DNA of 64,000 bases, taken from assembly GCF_006345805.1 (NCBI RefSeq), contig NC_042998.1:89156001-89220000 (forward strand), written 5' to 3'. Made by a program: the position numbers and the translations under genes. Shown piece after piece: positions 12,451 through 25,475 of this stretch. The notes below the pieces were generated by a model that was not told the DNA's origin, searched no databases, and saw nothing but the letters and a program-made list of their open reading frames with translations. The first letter of the stretch is position 1. Each line of letters opens with the position of its first letter. This stretch comes from Octopus sinensis. Taxonomy: Eukaryota.

Positions 12451-13657
12451 GTTGCTAATACCACGGAAAGAGATGCCAAGCTCCACACATTATTTGGAAT
12501 ATTAGCAGAATCTTGCATAGACTATATTGTGAGATGTGACTGCATTATAATGAATGCACTTGCATGATAATCAATGAATCTCGCTTTATTCACTCCTTAA
12601 ATTTAGATTTTGTTTTCTTGATATTCATGCTAGGTACGTTATTATGCCAATAATGAAATCACATTTGATAACTTGCTGAACTTACTGTGCAGATTTCCCG
12701 TTATTTCTCAACGCATTCATTTAAGCTAACTGATGTCATCCCCGACCAAAACATCAAATTAAGGGAATACTTCAAGTTTGTGCCTTATCTACCAATCTAT
12801 TTATATATAAAACAATAATGTAGTTTTCTCGAAACATTGGAGGACATGTAAATTTTCTATACTAGTCTCATGTATCTAGCCTGCTACAAGCAATGTATCG
12901 GAATACAAGATACTTCTCACTTAAAATGCCTGGGTGTAACATATATTATATTCATTCTATCAAATGGTACTTTAAAATGATTCGAATCCATATTGCAAAT
13001 TATTAAATAGATTTAGTTGCTCATAGCGAATAGGAGTAATAATGTTTCAGATATTTTTTATAGCCAACTCCTTTCGGTAATGTAACTGCTACAGTATTTC
13101 TCTATACGAGAGATACCAATATGTCATTGAGATCAAATTTAGAAAATTATTATTGCAACAGAAAAAAAAAATGGAAATGAATCTCTGGAAATCAGCAACC
13201 TAAACTATGAAATCCTGAACTATGAGAATATATGCATTTCTGATATACAAATAATGGAGGGTCTTATTAGAAATTCATTATTTTTGTTGTATTATATGAC
13301 TTTTGGGAGGATCCTATTCTTCAAAGGCTGTGATATATTGAACCACCCTCAGACCGTCCGATAGCAACATGGGACACTATATGGACATGGTTACGAATAA
13401 TTTTAATGGGCGACCTCCACCTGTCTGACTCACTTCATCTCGAGACAAAACGCCTGAAACATCACATAAAGCCTCATTCAAAGGGCCGCTCCTTACTCAC
13501 CTAGAGTTTAGAATTGACTGCTCTCGTGAGAATCTACACATACTCCATTAGTCCACGGTAACCTCTGAAAGAAAAATGACCTATCCTGTGGTTAGCACAG
13601 GAGGTACGTTTTGCTAATGAATTTTAGGCCGTCAACCGCTCTGAACCTGTATATACC

Positions 13658-13880
13658 TATTTCTTTACTACCCACAAGGGGCTAAACACAGAGAGGACAA
13701 AGAAGGATAGACAAACGGATTAAGTCGATTACATCGACCCCAGTGCGTAACTGGTACTTAATTTATCGACTCCGAAAGGATGAAAGGCAAAGTCGACCTT
13801 GGCGAAATTTGAACTCAGAACGTAACAGTAGACGAAATACCGCAAGGCATTTCGCCCGGCGTGCTAACGATTCTGCCAGT
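13658..13880 (-). mobile_element. SINE family A variant with Tx1-like 3' tail, 13-bp TSD
   Basis: TSD acctgtatatacc at 13645-13657 and 13886-13898. Head and centre match the other family A copies; tail is ...ctctgtgtttagccccttgtgggtagtaaagaaata. Confidence 0.92.
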
Positions 13881-14435
13881 TATATACCTGTATATACCGC
13901 CACAGCCATAGCTAACTTATGCACAATGGTCAAGTAAAAATTACAACCTTAATTCATGTCGGTTTCTCAAAACCCTATCTATATAATCTGACCATCAAAC
14001 AGGTGATAACTGTTGTTGCTAAAATACCCCGCCCTCCAGAATGGTGACTAACTGATGCCAAAATGTCTGTCATGTCTGCTTCAGTACGTAGATATCTCAG
14101 TAAAATAATGTCGTCATGATAGAATAAGCAACTGCGTGACCTGAACTGACTAATGGAAGCCTAAATACTTTCGCATATAACACATTTTAAATTTGTTAAT
14201 TCTCTCCACCCTTTTCCGAATATCTTATGATGCCTACATGCCCTACGCCTATGTATATATAGCTATATCTTAGAACAATGAATATCAGTGATTGATTGTA
14301 CACGTAGTCCGCTTGGTCACAATAAAAAAAAGTATCAGCGATAAGCAGTGACAAAGAACAATGGAGTAGTTGATATTATTTGTTTTATTATAAAGCTACG
14401 GCTTTAGAATTTGTCAAGTCTTGTCTCCTGAGGAA

Positions 14436-14480
14436 TTCTCCTCCTGAAGAAGGCTAAGGAGCTAGAAACGTGCCAGGAGT
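14436..14480 (+). ncRNA. Degenerate hammerhead-like motif
   Basis: ctcctc-CUGAAGA-A-GGCU-AAGG-AGCU-A-GAAA-CGUGCC-aggag. Core present, but cleavage site and stem II closure are imperfect. Confidence 0.35.
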
Positions 14481-15049
14481 CCACTAGGGCAAGTTACTGA
14501 GCAGCCACGGTGTTTTACACCACAAACGAGAATTTATTTCACCACAGTAACTTCTTTGAATTTGCCTTTAGCAGTTAAAATGTCACAAACAAATTTTAAC
14601 CTAAATTTCATGTATATGAGTGTGTGTGTGTGTGTTTGTGTATACTTGTGCGTGTGCGTGTGTGTGTGTATGTTAACAAGAGAGATTGGATTGAACAAAC
14701 ACACTTTATGCATAATAATATATTTGTTTCCTCTTCACTTTACCAAAATATTATAATATAATACAGTAAATGATTAAATATATTACATGGCATTAATATT
14801 ATTTCAGCAACGTTGGCAAATTAACATTTCTCAGGTTTTTGCTATATTAAAACATATCCCACAGACTATGTGCCTCATATTGATTCCTATGCAATCTTTG
14901 ATTAGCATGATAAATGTTTAAAATATTTAAAAAAAATAAACACCACTAAATCGTTAACCACAAGTACAGTTTAGCTGGTCAAGAGAACAGAGGAATAAAG
15001 ACAACAAATAAAAAAAGTAAAATAATCAAAAAGAACCAGGCACATAAAT

Positions 15050-15350
15050 AATCAATTCAAAGAATGAAAACGCAGAGAAAAAAAACGCAGAGAAATTGCA
15101 CAAGCAATTTATGAATTTGACGCTAGGTGAAAGAAGAGATTTGTTAACGTTTCGAGCATAGCTCTTCATTGAAAACAGAGAAGTCCAAAGAGAAAGAAGG
15201 AAAAATAAGGAAAAATCGCCAACAGTCCACGTGCGGTCAGGTGTGAGTGTAGGTGTGGATGATGGCGAGGGATAAAAAGGAAGGAGAGTGGAAGGAGAAC
15301 TGAAGGAAAGTCGAGTGAAGAGAAGTGTAGCGGAAGATTCACAATCAGAA
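15050..15350 (-). mobile_element. Neptune-type PLE terminal repeat (ORF-less) with decayed HHR at 15143-15176
   Basis: Minus strand ...ctgttggcgatttttcc...gttt-UCAAUGA-A-GAGC-UAU-GCUC-GAAACGUU-aac...cctagcgtc; homologous to 35405-35700 and 21025-21272. Confidence 0.75.
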
Positions 15351-15710
15351 ATATGTCATTCATCTTACCTCGATTTTTTTATTGGCCACAAGGGGCTAAA
15401 TATAGAGGTTATGCATTACAAAGGCAATACAAAACTTATAATCGGGGAAATAAAAATACAAAAAGAAATCGAGCAAGGAAGGAAAAAATAAAAAGAAACG
15501 TATGAAATTATGGAAATGATAAAATGAGGCGCAATGCCCACTCGACCTCCAAAGCCAATCATACCAATTCACGATATGTATCCATGAACACGTATCTACC
15601 GTCATTCAATAGAACACCCCTTTCATTTTCCTTGAATTTATCCCTGGCCAGCTTTAACCTTACTAATTCCTTCCACTTGGATATTCTCCTTTCTACCTCT
15701 ACACTCTTTA

Positions 15711-17076
15711 CTGTTTTATTGCCTACAAAGAGCCAACATAGAGGGGATAACACAGCCTGACTGGGGTCAGACACACATACGATTATAAAAATTTATCACG
15801 GTTACAATGAAATCGAATGAATTTACAAACATGAAAATACAATCAAAAGACAATTATACATGTACGATGAAGTAGAGAAACAGGTTAAGCTCCGACCCTA
15901 TGAGCTCTGTTCCTCTACCGGAATCTTTTTGTTCTGCCTTATGGCACGAGGAGTCTTTCACACACAACATTCTCGCTACACGCATCCAACTATCTTTAAA
16001 TATTCTCTCCGACAGACAATTTCTCTCCAGCCCCACTTTCCTTTTCAGGTGAAAGGTACAGAATCTCACCAACCCGGGGCCGGAGATGAAGTCACCTGTC
16101 GCCAATCCTTTCATTCTTGACTTCTATATCGGCTCTCTCGCAATTGCTACTACTACGAGAAAGCAAATCTTACCTTCTTCCGTGAAGAAATCTGGCGAGT
16201 CAATTTTTAAAATTGACTCAGACAACAGTTGTACTCTTCTCACATCTGACAACAGGTGTTCCGCGTAAGTCCACACTTCTGACACTTTCTGACACTGCAC
16301 AATAGCAAGCAGGAAGGTTTCCCTATCTTGCTCACATCTTGGGCAAGCCGACGGACCGGACTGGCAGTGTCTGGTGAGCTTATCCCGAACGGGTAAGGCA
16401 CCTCGGTAACGTTGCCAGGTCAGAGATTTTTGGAAGTTGTCCAAAACCCTCGTCCCGAATGTCCTTTGGAACAGACTGATTATTATCGAGACCCAGGGTT
16501 TCCCCCAGGCTATCATCATTTCCAGCCTCTACCAACCTGCTATAGAATGACACGGTAGTACCGAATCCGCTGGCATTACCCGAGCGACGGAACAACAGGA
16601 AGGCCTTACGGCACTCCGTATACCATGTACCCAACCTCGATCTTCGATGAAGCCAGCTTTCTCGTCCACTAAAACTAGTGAACCTAAGAAACATTCGTTT
16701 CGCAAGCGGAGACCACACCCGTTCACCATGAAGGGGAAACCAGAGGTGCTTCAACCTCAGCGTGTTCTTGCGCTTCACCAGCCAAGGCATCCCTAGTCCT
16801 CCCTTCAACGGCTTCTGACAGGGAACGACTGTTAGGCGGTACATGATGACCAATGCGATAAACACATTGGCCACCTCCGCCCTCACTTTCAAGGATAGCC
16901 ACCACCAAGACCAAGTCTTTACTATGAGGGTCACCTTGCTCGATACCTCTACCCAGTTCTTTTCTTCCCGGAAGTCTGGGCCAACCCAAACTCCTAGCAA
17001 CTTAACCAGGCCCTCCGACCAGCGTCCCACGACGCTATTCGAAAACATCGACTTGCCCCTCCGTAGCCCCTCCGTG
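15711..17076 (-). mobile_element. 5'-truncated Tx1/L1-clade LINE (ORF2 post-RT region), 15-bp TSD
   Basis: ORFs 16380-17048 and 16124-16519: VKLLGVWVGPD..EKNW..LSLKVRAEV..YRLTVVPC..GGLGMP and the C-terminal CCHC-type region LPVRDKL...CPRCEQDRETFL.AIVQC. TSD cctctacactcttta at 15696-15710 and 17077-17091. Confidence 0.9.
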
Positions 17077-17161
17077 CCTCTACACTCTTTACATAGACCA
17101 AGAATGCCTTATGTTTAAATTCTTTCTCTCTTGGTTCTGTCTCTACTGTATGCGTATACTC

Positions 17162-18795
17162 TTTTTCTTTATTACCCTCAAGGGGCCAACACAAAGACAT
17201 GTGGGGACACATAACAAATAAAATAAAATAAAACGTGGGTTAAAATGAATGATAAAATGAAGATGAGAAATAGAATGAAGTTTCCTCAGCCCCACCTCTG
17301 AGTTACTTCATTTTTACCTCTGTTCATTTTCCCTTTTGAACCCGGAGCCTTCTGAAATATCCACTCCGCACTCTTTCAATAGAAACGTGTAGTTCATATT
17401 TCCTGGCAAATTTTGAGTGTCCAGATCCACTTGCCATATTGTAAATCCTCTTTTGAATTTTAAAACTTTCTCCCTTTGGTTCTCGTCCAACAATGCCACC
17501 CTCGTACGTTGTCGAACTTGCGAATGCCCACCGCTCTAATGTTCTTCCACTTTCTTATTTCTTCACACATATTTTTGTGCTATCATACATCATTACATAG
17601 TTTCCTTTCTTCTTTTTTTCCCGTGGGAGGGGAGTTTCAATTACTTGTGTCTGATTTCGTGTTGGAGGAGGCGGGTAGGTTCAGGGAGCGGTGGGAAGAA
17701 GGTATGAGTGGGATTTGTGTGGGGTGAGTTTCAGTATTTACCTGGTTTCCTCCTTTTTTCTTCCTTGGTGTCACTCATTCGCCTTCTGTTCCGCTTACTT
17801 CTATTTCTGCTTCTGGTAGTATTAATTTCTCCTTTCTCTTACCAGTTCTTCCTTTTTTCCTTGTAGAGGGCAGTTTGCTCTAATGTGATCTTTCTGGCCA
17901 CACTTGTAGCACCTGGGTATCCTGCCCTCTACTCTGACTACCATTGTTGTGTTTCCGACAACTCTTCTATTACATCATTCGTTCCCCATATCACTATAGT
18001 TAAGGATTGCCCTTTCCAGTTCCTTGCTTTCGTCTTGGTGACCTGGAGAACCTCTATCTCTTCCTCGTCACCAAGCAATACTGCAGCTACTATCCAAGCC
18101 ACGTCGACCTCTGGGCTGACTCCCTCTACGTTGACCCTTATAGCACTCCTTCCACCATATATTGGCAACATCACTACTTCCTCGTTCTTTAATATTGTTG
18201 ACGAGTTCAAACTTGCACTGCCTACATCATTAAATTGGACCTTTTTGTACCATATTTACTGCCTCTTGTTAAATACCTAATATCCTTCCATATGGGCCTT
18301 AGTACCTTCTCCATTTGGGTCATCGTCATCTCTTTAATTCTTCCTCTGGCCACTGAGTGTGTTTTATACACTACCGTGCATCTCGTTGTTTTATAAATTA
18401 TCTCCATTGACGCGGTTACTTCTACCTTTGTTCCGTCCCTTTTCATCATTTTGGAGTATTTCTTCCACTCTTTCAAATCCACATTACTTTCTGATACTTT
18501 AGCCACTTCTGCGAAGTTTCTTTTATTCCTGTTGGCTCACGAAGTGTCCGACTGCTCAGAATCGGACACCTCAGTGTAACTGCCATCTGAAGAACTAATC
18601 TATTCCATTTCTTCCTTGGCATGCAATCCTCTATGAGGAGGGAAAGCACAACTAGCCTGCCACATGGCAGAAAAAACCAAAGTGTTCAAAGAACACTACA
18701 ATAATTCAAGTAACGATAAACTCAACAGCAACTTTAACAATAAACGAACTTCAATAATCACACTTCGACTCACCCACCAGTTGTATTTGCGATGC
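17162..18795 (-). mobile_element. ORF1-only Tx1/L1-like element (half-L1-like), 23-bp TSD
   Basis: 5' UTR, ATG at 18623, decayed ORF1 with zinc knuckle VEGRIPR-CYKCGQKDHIRANC, stop near 17314, short 3' UTR and Tx1 tail. TSD gtctctactgtatg(c/t)gtata(c/t)tc at 17139-17161 and 18796-18818. Confidence 0.8.
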
Positions 18796-19569
18796 GTCTC
18801 TACTGTATGTGTATATTCGAGTTTAGGCGGCTCCCTACCTTTTTTGGGTATCCTCTTACCTTTGTGCATGTCTAGTATCTACCTCTAATAGTCAATTGTC
18901 AATATGGCATCTCAGAAGACCAGTCAATTTTCTTTCTAGATGAGAGCCTTCTCGCACGATTAAAAATATTTATTTGTTCGCTCGTATTCTGAATCGAATA
19001 CTACGCGTGAAATTGATCAACTTTGATTAAACCAATTTCAACCTGGAGTGTTTATTAAGTACTTTACTTTTTACGTTCAAATCACACTGAAGTCAGTATA
19101 TTTTTGATCCTTCTCAACTTGATCCTTCTCAATAGTATTAATCAAGATCAGAAACGGATTTAATAGCGGCAAATTAACCGCCGGAGACCCTGAGATTGTC
19201 AGCTGTCGTCTTAAAATTCGTGATGGTAACACTAGTAACGCCTTCAACAACAGTGTTACCAAATATAGTATCAGTCCATATTCTCTCCTCAGGTGACAAG
19301 TGCTCTCTCTCTCTCTCTCTCTCTCTGTATATATATATATATATCATACATACACAAACAAATATATATATGATCTTTTATAGAACACAAAAGCTAGTGG
19401 GGAGAGTAAAGAAAGCTCAGAAATCGAACTAGCACTTTTGCTAAATCCTCCAGTGCAATAGATTTAAGCCGTCATCCAACCTCAAGAATCAGGTCGTGGC
19501 GTTATAATCGGCGTCAGATTAAAACAGTCACACAATGACAGCAACATCACTGACAATTTTTAATATATT

Positions 19570-19720
19570 TCCCGTTAACCAAATTTCTCAGACAAGGCTT
19601 TGGTCGACCCATGGTAGGCTTCCTTCCATGTAGTCCCCAGTTAATTTCAACCTGCAGCCTCATAGTTGCGAAGGAAAATTCTTAACCACACAGCCATGAC
19701 AACGCCACTATGAAGTACAC
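19570..19720 (-). mobile_element. Degenerate SINE family B remnant
   Basis: Plus strand shows acaaggctttggtcgaccc...ttaaccacacagccatg, matching the 1350-1519 copy. Confidence 0.55.
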
Positions 19721-21024
19721 ACCTGAAGTATGTGTTTAACTATTTGTGTAATAATACACTATAATTTTCCAAAGTATTTCCATTGAAATATAGGACCAGC
19801 ATCAAATTTAACATCAATTGTTATTGTTTTTTGTTACTTTTGAAATTCAGACAATGATAAATACACTGAATAATTTCTTAAAATATTGCTTTTCGTTCAG
19901 CTGAACTGAATTCCTCCACTTCAGGTAAGCAGTCTATATTTCTCTATAGCCTTCTTTTCAGTGGCTACGACACAGGCGTTTTGTCAGGCAATCTGGTATC
20001 CAATGACTACGCGAGCAATTGGAACCTATAATCATAGTACAAAAATTCTCGGCTTCTTTCAGTGACGGTTGTATATTTTGGAGGGTATTTATTTTACTTC
20101 AACGCTTGAAATGTTCAAATCTACTTTTGTTTTGTATATCTTTTTTCTGTATATTTCCCCGTCTCTAATTTTTCCTCCTTCATATTTCGGGCTTATTTCC
20201 CCACCCCACAATTCACATGCATACATATACTTATCTACATACATATAAATACAGACACATATATTTATGTATGTGTATGAGTGTGTGAACGAATGTGTGT
20301 GCACATATGCATACAAACACACCAACGCCTCATACACAAAAATAAACAATGTCAAAATACGATACAACTCCTCAATGCATTCCATGTTAAATTTTTGTCT
20401 GCTTCTCGCTTTCTTTCTAACTCTTTCCCAAAATGCAAATGCGCGCACACACATATACACTCACTTGTACACACACGCACACACGTATTTATGAATATAT
20501 TTAACAAATATGCATACGTATATACCCGTATGTATATATATATTGAATCATATACCAGTAAAACAATCATAGTTGGTGGTAAAGTTTATATGCCAACTGA
20601 ATATGGCAGTCCGATAAAGGACGATGTTACTGTCGTTTTAACCCCAGGAAAATATCTTTTCCAGCTGACTATCGATACACAGCTTCTGTCCGCATGGAAA
20701 TGCTATACGGACAAAGGAGGTCATCGTTCCTACCTTTAATCTTTCTGATGTAATCGGATGGCAATAGATAAAGGGTTCGAATCCTAATGATAAGCCTATG
20801 CTTCTTTATCCTTATATCATATCACATATACACACATATGCATAAATACAGAAGCACATATACATGTAAACAGCATATATAGATACACAGACTTATATGT
20901 ATGTATGTATGTGTGTGTATGTATGTGTATGCGTGCACACACATAACACATGTGCACGCACGCGCGTACACACACTCACATAAACAAACACACAGGCACA
21001 CAAACACTGCCACATACACACACA

Positions 21025-21890
<866 letters not shown>

Positions 21891-22069
21891 TTTTTTATAT
21901 ATATATGCGTGCTAGTACACGACCTACGTTGGACTCCTCATTCGTATCATTATCGAACTTGGAGCTTAACTATAGTCTGTCCATAGCACTTGCTCAGCAT
22001 TACCTGACACCTTTCTGTATTCTTGACACCAATACCTCTCATGCCCTCGATATATATATGTATATATAT

Positions 22070-22119
<50 letters not shown>

Positions 22120-22120
22120 A

Positions 22121-22155
<35 letters not shown>

Positions 22156-22161
<6 letters not shown>

Positions 22162-22432
22162 GTTTTGGTATCGAGAAGATACAAAAGGCGGGTATGGTTA
22201 TATAAGTGATACGGAAGGACTGTTGTTAGACTCCATGAGTGAGGAGTTTAACTCGAGTCGTGTGTGAGCGTGTATATGTTAAATAAAACGAGACAACAAA
22301 GCCAAGGCACTGTGAAATTTCTAGGACATTTTATAAAGTGAAAGTTAGTCTTAAAGTTGTGTCAGGGATATAAAAGATATCTCATCACCAGAGACGATAT
22401 GGTAGCAAAGAAATTTTGTTAATTTTTTCTGT
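22156..22432 (-). mobile_element. Third copy of the foldback PLE repeat family, facing copy 21640-22045 across a (TA)n tract
   Basis: Reverse complement of 22156-22235 aligns to 21961-22041 (both end ...cctctca); decayed HHR region near 22350-22400. Confidence 0.7.
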
Positions 22433-22436
22433 ACAA

Positions 22437-23640
22437 ACTTCGAAAGCTAGGAGTAGGAGGAAAAGTTGGTACATGGATACATGAGTTCCTTACAAATAGA
22501 ACTCAAACAGTCACTGTGAATGGAACCCATTCAACACCATCACCTGTGACCAGCAGTGTTCCTCAGGGTACAGTACTCGGCCCAATCCTGTTTCTCATCC
22601 TCATCTCTGACATAGATGAAGATACAACCAGCAACGTCTCATCCTTTGCTGATGACACCAGGGTCATGAGACAAATCAAAGACGAGGTGGATACAGAGGC
22701 CTTACAAAAGGACCTGACCACCATATATAAATGGCAGAAACAAACAACATGTTGTTCAATGATAAGAAGTTTGAACTAATTCGCTACGGAACAGATCAAG
22801 ATCTGAAAAATACAACAAACTACAGAAACCCATCAGGACAACAAATAATGGAAAAACAGTATGTGAAGATTTAGGCCTCCACATGGGAGCCAGCCTAAAA
22901 TTCAGAGAACACCTTGACTCAGTCTGTCTTACTGCAAGAAAGTACAGCGGGTGGATCTTGCGCACCTTCAAATCAAGAGATACCTCAACAATGAAAACCC
23001 TCTGGAACAGTATGATACTTCCGAGGATTAACTACTGTTCTCAGTTGTGGTCACCAACAACAAAGGGCCAACTATCTAAGATGGAATCGCTCCAAAGAAA
23101 TTTTACCTCATACTTCTCAGAAACGAGGGACCTGGACTATTGCAAAGACTCAAAACCTTGAAGATGTACTCAATAGAAAGAAGATTTGAGCGATACCGAA
23201 TTATATACATTTGGAAAATGATAGAGCAAAAGGTGCCAAACTTTGGTATCAAAACCTACCACTCACTGCGCCACGGAAGACGCTGCCAGCTACCACCAAT
23301 CAACAAAAAGGCTGGCCAGGCAGCAAAAACCCTGCGAGAGTCAAGTCTGTTTGTTCGAGGAGCACAACTATTCAACTCCATTCCGGTACATGTCAGAAAT
23401 CTATCAGGATGCAGTGTGGAATCATTCAAATTGCAGCTGGATAGATACTTAAGCACCATTAGAGATGAACCCCATCTCCCAGGATTTACACAACGAGCAC
23501 AAACTGACTCAAACTCGCTCCTACACATGTCAAAATTAAACAGAGAATGCAACCTGGCAACCACACCAGACTCTGAGGGTGGAGTCTTCGACTTGGCCTG
23601 AGCATGGACTCAAGCTCAAATGAAATGAAACCCTGGAATT
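22437..23640 (+). mobile_element. 5'-truncated CR1-type LINE (RT to 3' end)
   Basis: SSVPQGTVLGPILF, SSFADDTRV, LWNSMILPRINYCSQLWSP, LKMYSIERRFERY; frameshifts between ORFs 22516, 22883 and 23140. Confidence 0.93.
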
Positions 23641-24137
23641 TATTAATAATGATATAATGATATTTTGGCTAAGTTTGGAAGAAAATTGGATTTCTTTTAC
23701 TTATTGCCGATAAAAAACTGCGCTTGCGCGGTGGATTTTGAAAATTTATAACATGTAAACACTAGGCATGTTCTGTATCGCCTCATCTTTATATGTTAAT
23801 CTTGGCTTTCCTTCTGACGGGAGCTTTGCCAAGGTAAATTATTTTATTTACTGAAGATAGCTTGAAACCATGGTATAGGAAATAGAGGGTAAATCTTTTT
23901 ATTTTTCATTCCCTTTCGAAATTACCTTTAATAGTGGTTTGGAGTTTTACTACTCCTTCTAGCGGGTCAGATGTCCTGTTATGGCCATCTCTTATGCGTT
24001 TAAATGTACACTGTATTTTTATATGAATAATATATAATCTATTAACTAGTTTTTTCTTCTCGCTAGACCATTGGTAGCAAAGAAATTTTCTAAATTTTTT
24101 TGCGACCTGGAATATATTAATAATAATAATAATAATA

Positions 24138-24250
<113 letters not shown>

Positions 24251-24501
24251 GACTCTTCTTCTTCCCTACCAAGAATTCACAACGACCTCGAACCCAGAAG
24301 AGAGACAGAGACAGGCAGAAACAAGGAAGATACCCCTTGTATTTGAATACTAAACAAATATTCTTTTAAAAAACTTTTCTTTTAATCTTTCCAAAATTTA
24401 ATTGTTTTCCATATTTACAGTTGAAAAAGTCTCAATGACTGAAACCGGTACTGAAATGTTTTTTATTAAATTATTTTAGCATTTACGACCTTGACTTTTT
24501 T

Positions 24502-24543
<42 letters not shown>

Positions 24544-24544
24544 A

Positions 24545-25330
24545 CACACATAAATCCAGGAACATGAAATATCAACCAAAAACCTGATGCACAAAAGGGA
24601 TAGAGGTATAGGAAAAAGTAGTAAAATGTGACATCCGATGCAGACTTTATGATGTCAACACCGAAGATATCCCCCACATCATAAGCAGTTGTCCGAAAAT
24701 GTCATCACGGTATTATCTACCGATAAGATATGATGTTGTACCTAGGACATTCTATAATGAAATCCGTCGGAAGGATAACCCGGAAGACAAAGAAATAAGA
24801 ACCCACAATATGGTAGAAGCTATAGTCACGCATAATAAAAAGGAGCACTGGTGGAATGGCCCAGTGAAAACCTCAATAAAATGTAAGCACAAGAGACCAA
24901 ATATAGTGATTTGGAATAGAGAAGAGAAACTGTATAGTTGTGGAAATTAGCTGCTCAGTGGATGTTAACATAAAGCGGATGATCAGTTAAAGGAGAATAC
25001 CTACGCTGAACTATTGAGAAATCTGAAGTTATTTTATCCAGATAACAAGTTCAGGTTTATACCTGTAATTATTGAGGTACTGGGATATGTAACACACTGC
25101 CTAAATACCAATCTTGAGAAATTAGGCTTCTCAAAACCAGAAAGGTGAAAGCTGATTCGAAGACTACACATCCAATTCATCACTGGAACTGTAAAAATCT
25201 GTAAGACTTTCCAAACGTTCATCATTTAAATACATATGTGCATGACTAAATATGCAAGTACATGCATGAAAATACATTCTTAAAACAATACCAGCAAATT
25301 TACACATACATACATACATACATACATACA

Positions 25331-25361
<31 letters not shown>

Positions 25362-25475
25362 TTATATATATATACAAAAATACGTAAAAACATCCTATTG
25401 TTGATGTTGAAATTCCAATGAAGGAACCTTGGATCTAGGTTAGAAACCGGCTTTCTCTATTAGCAAGAAATCTTC
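24545..25475 (+). mobile_element. RLE-type (R4-like) LINE 3' fragment, family 2, with (CATA)n in its 3' UTR
   Basis: IQEHEISTK..CDIRCRL..EDIPHIISSCPKMSSRYYLPIRYDVV..WWNGPVKT..RPNIVIW..ENTYAELLRNL..GTVKICKTF. Confidence 0.85.

Larger units (their letters stand above)
15372..18885 (-). mobile_element. Host Tx1/L1-like 3' fragment split by two nested insertions (own sequence 15372-15710, 17092-17161, 18819-18885)
   Basis: Removing both inserts and one copy of each TSD gives a continuous frame MHKGKRIPKKGREPPKLEYTHTVETEPREKEFKHKAFLVYVKSVEVERRISKWKELVRL...TYRELV*, then a 3' UTR ending atttagccccttgtggccaataaaaaa. Confidence 0.7.

Noticed and set aside
20540-20739. Protein-like end of ORF 20281-20739 (GGKVYMPTEYGSPIKDDVTVVLTPG)
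   Set aside because: The DNA (gttactgtcgttttaaccccagg...ttccagctgactatc) looks like a decayed interspersed repeat, and there are no splice signals.
22400-24090. TGGTAGCAAAG at 22400 and 24071 as an LTR-retrotransposon primer-binding site
   Set aside because: The motif aligns inside the antisense strand of the PLE repeat family, and no gag/pol or paired LTRs follow.
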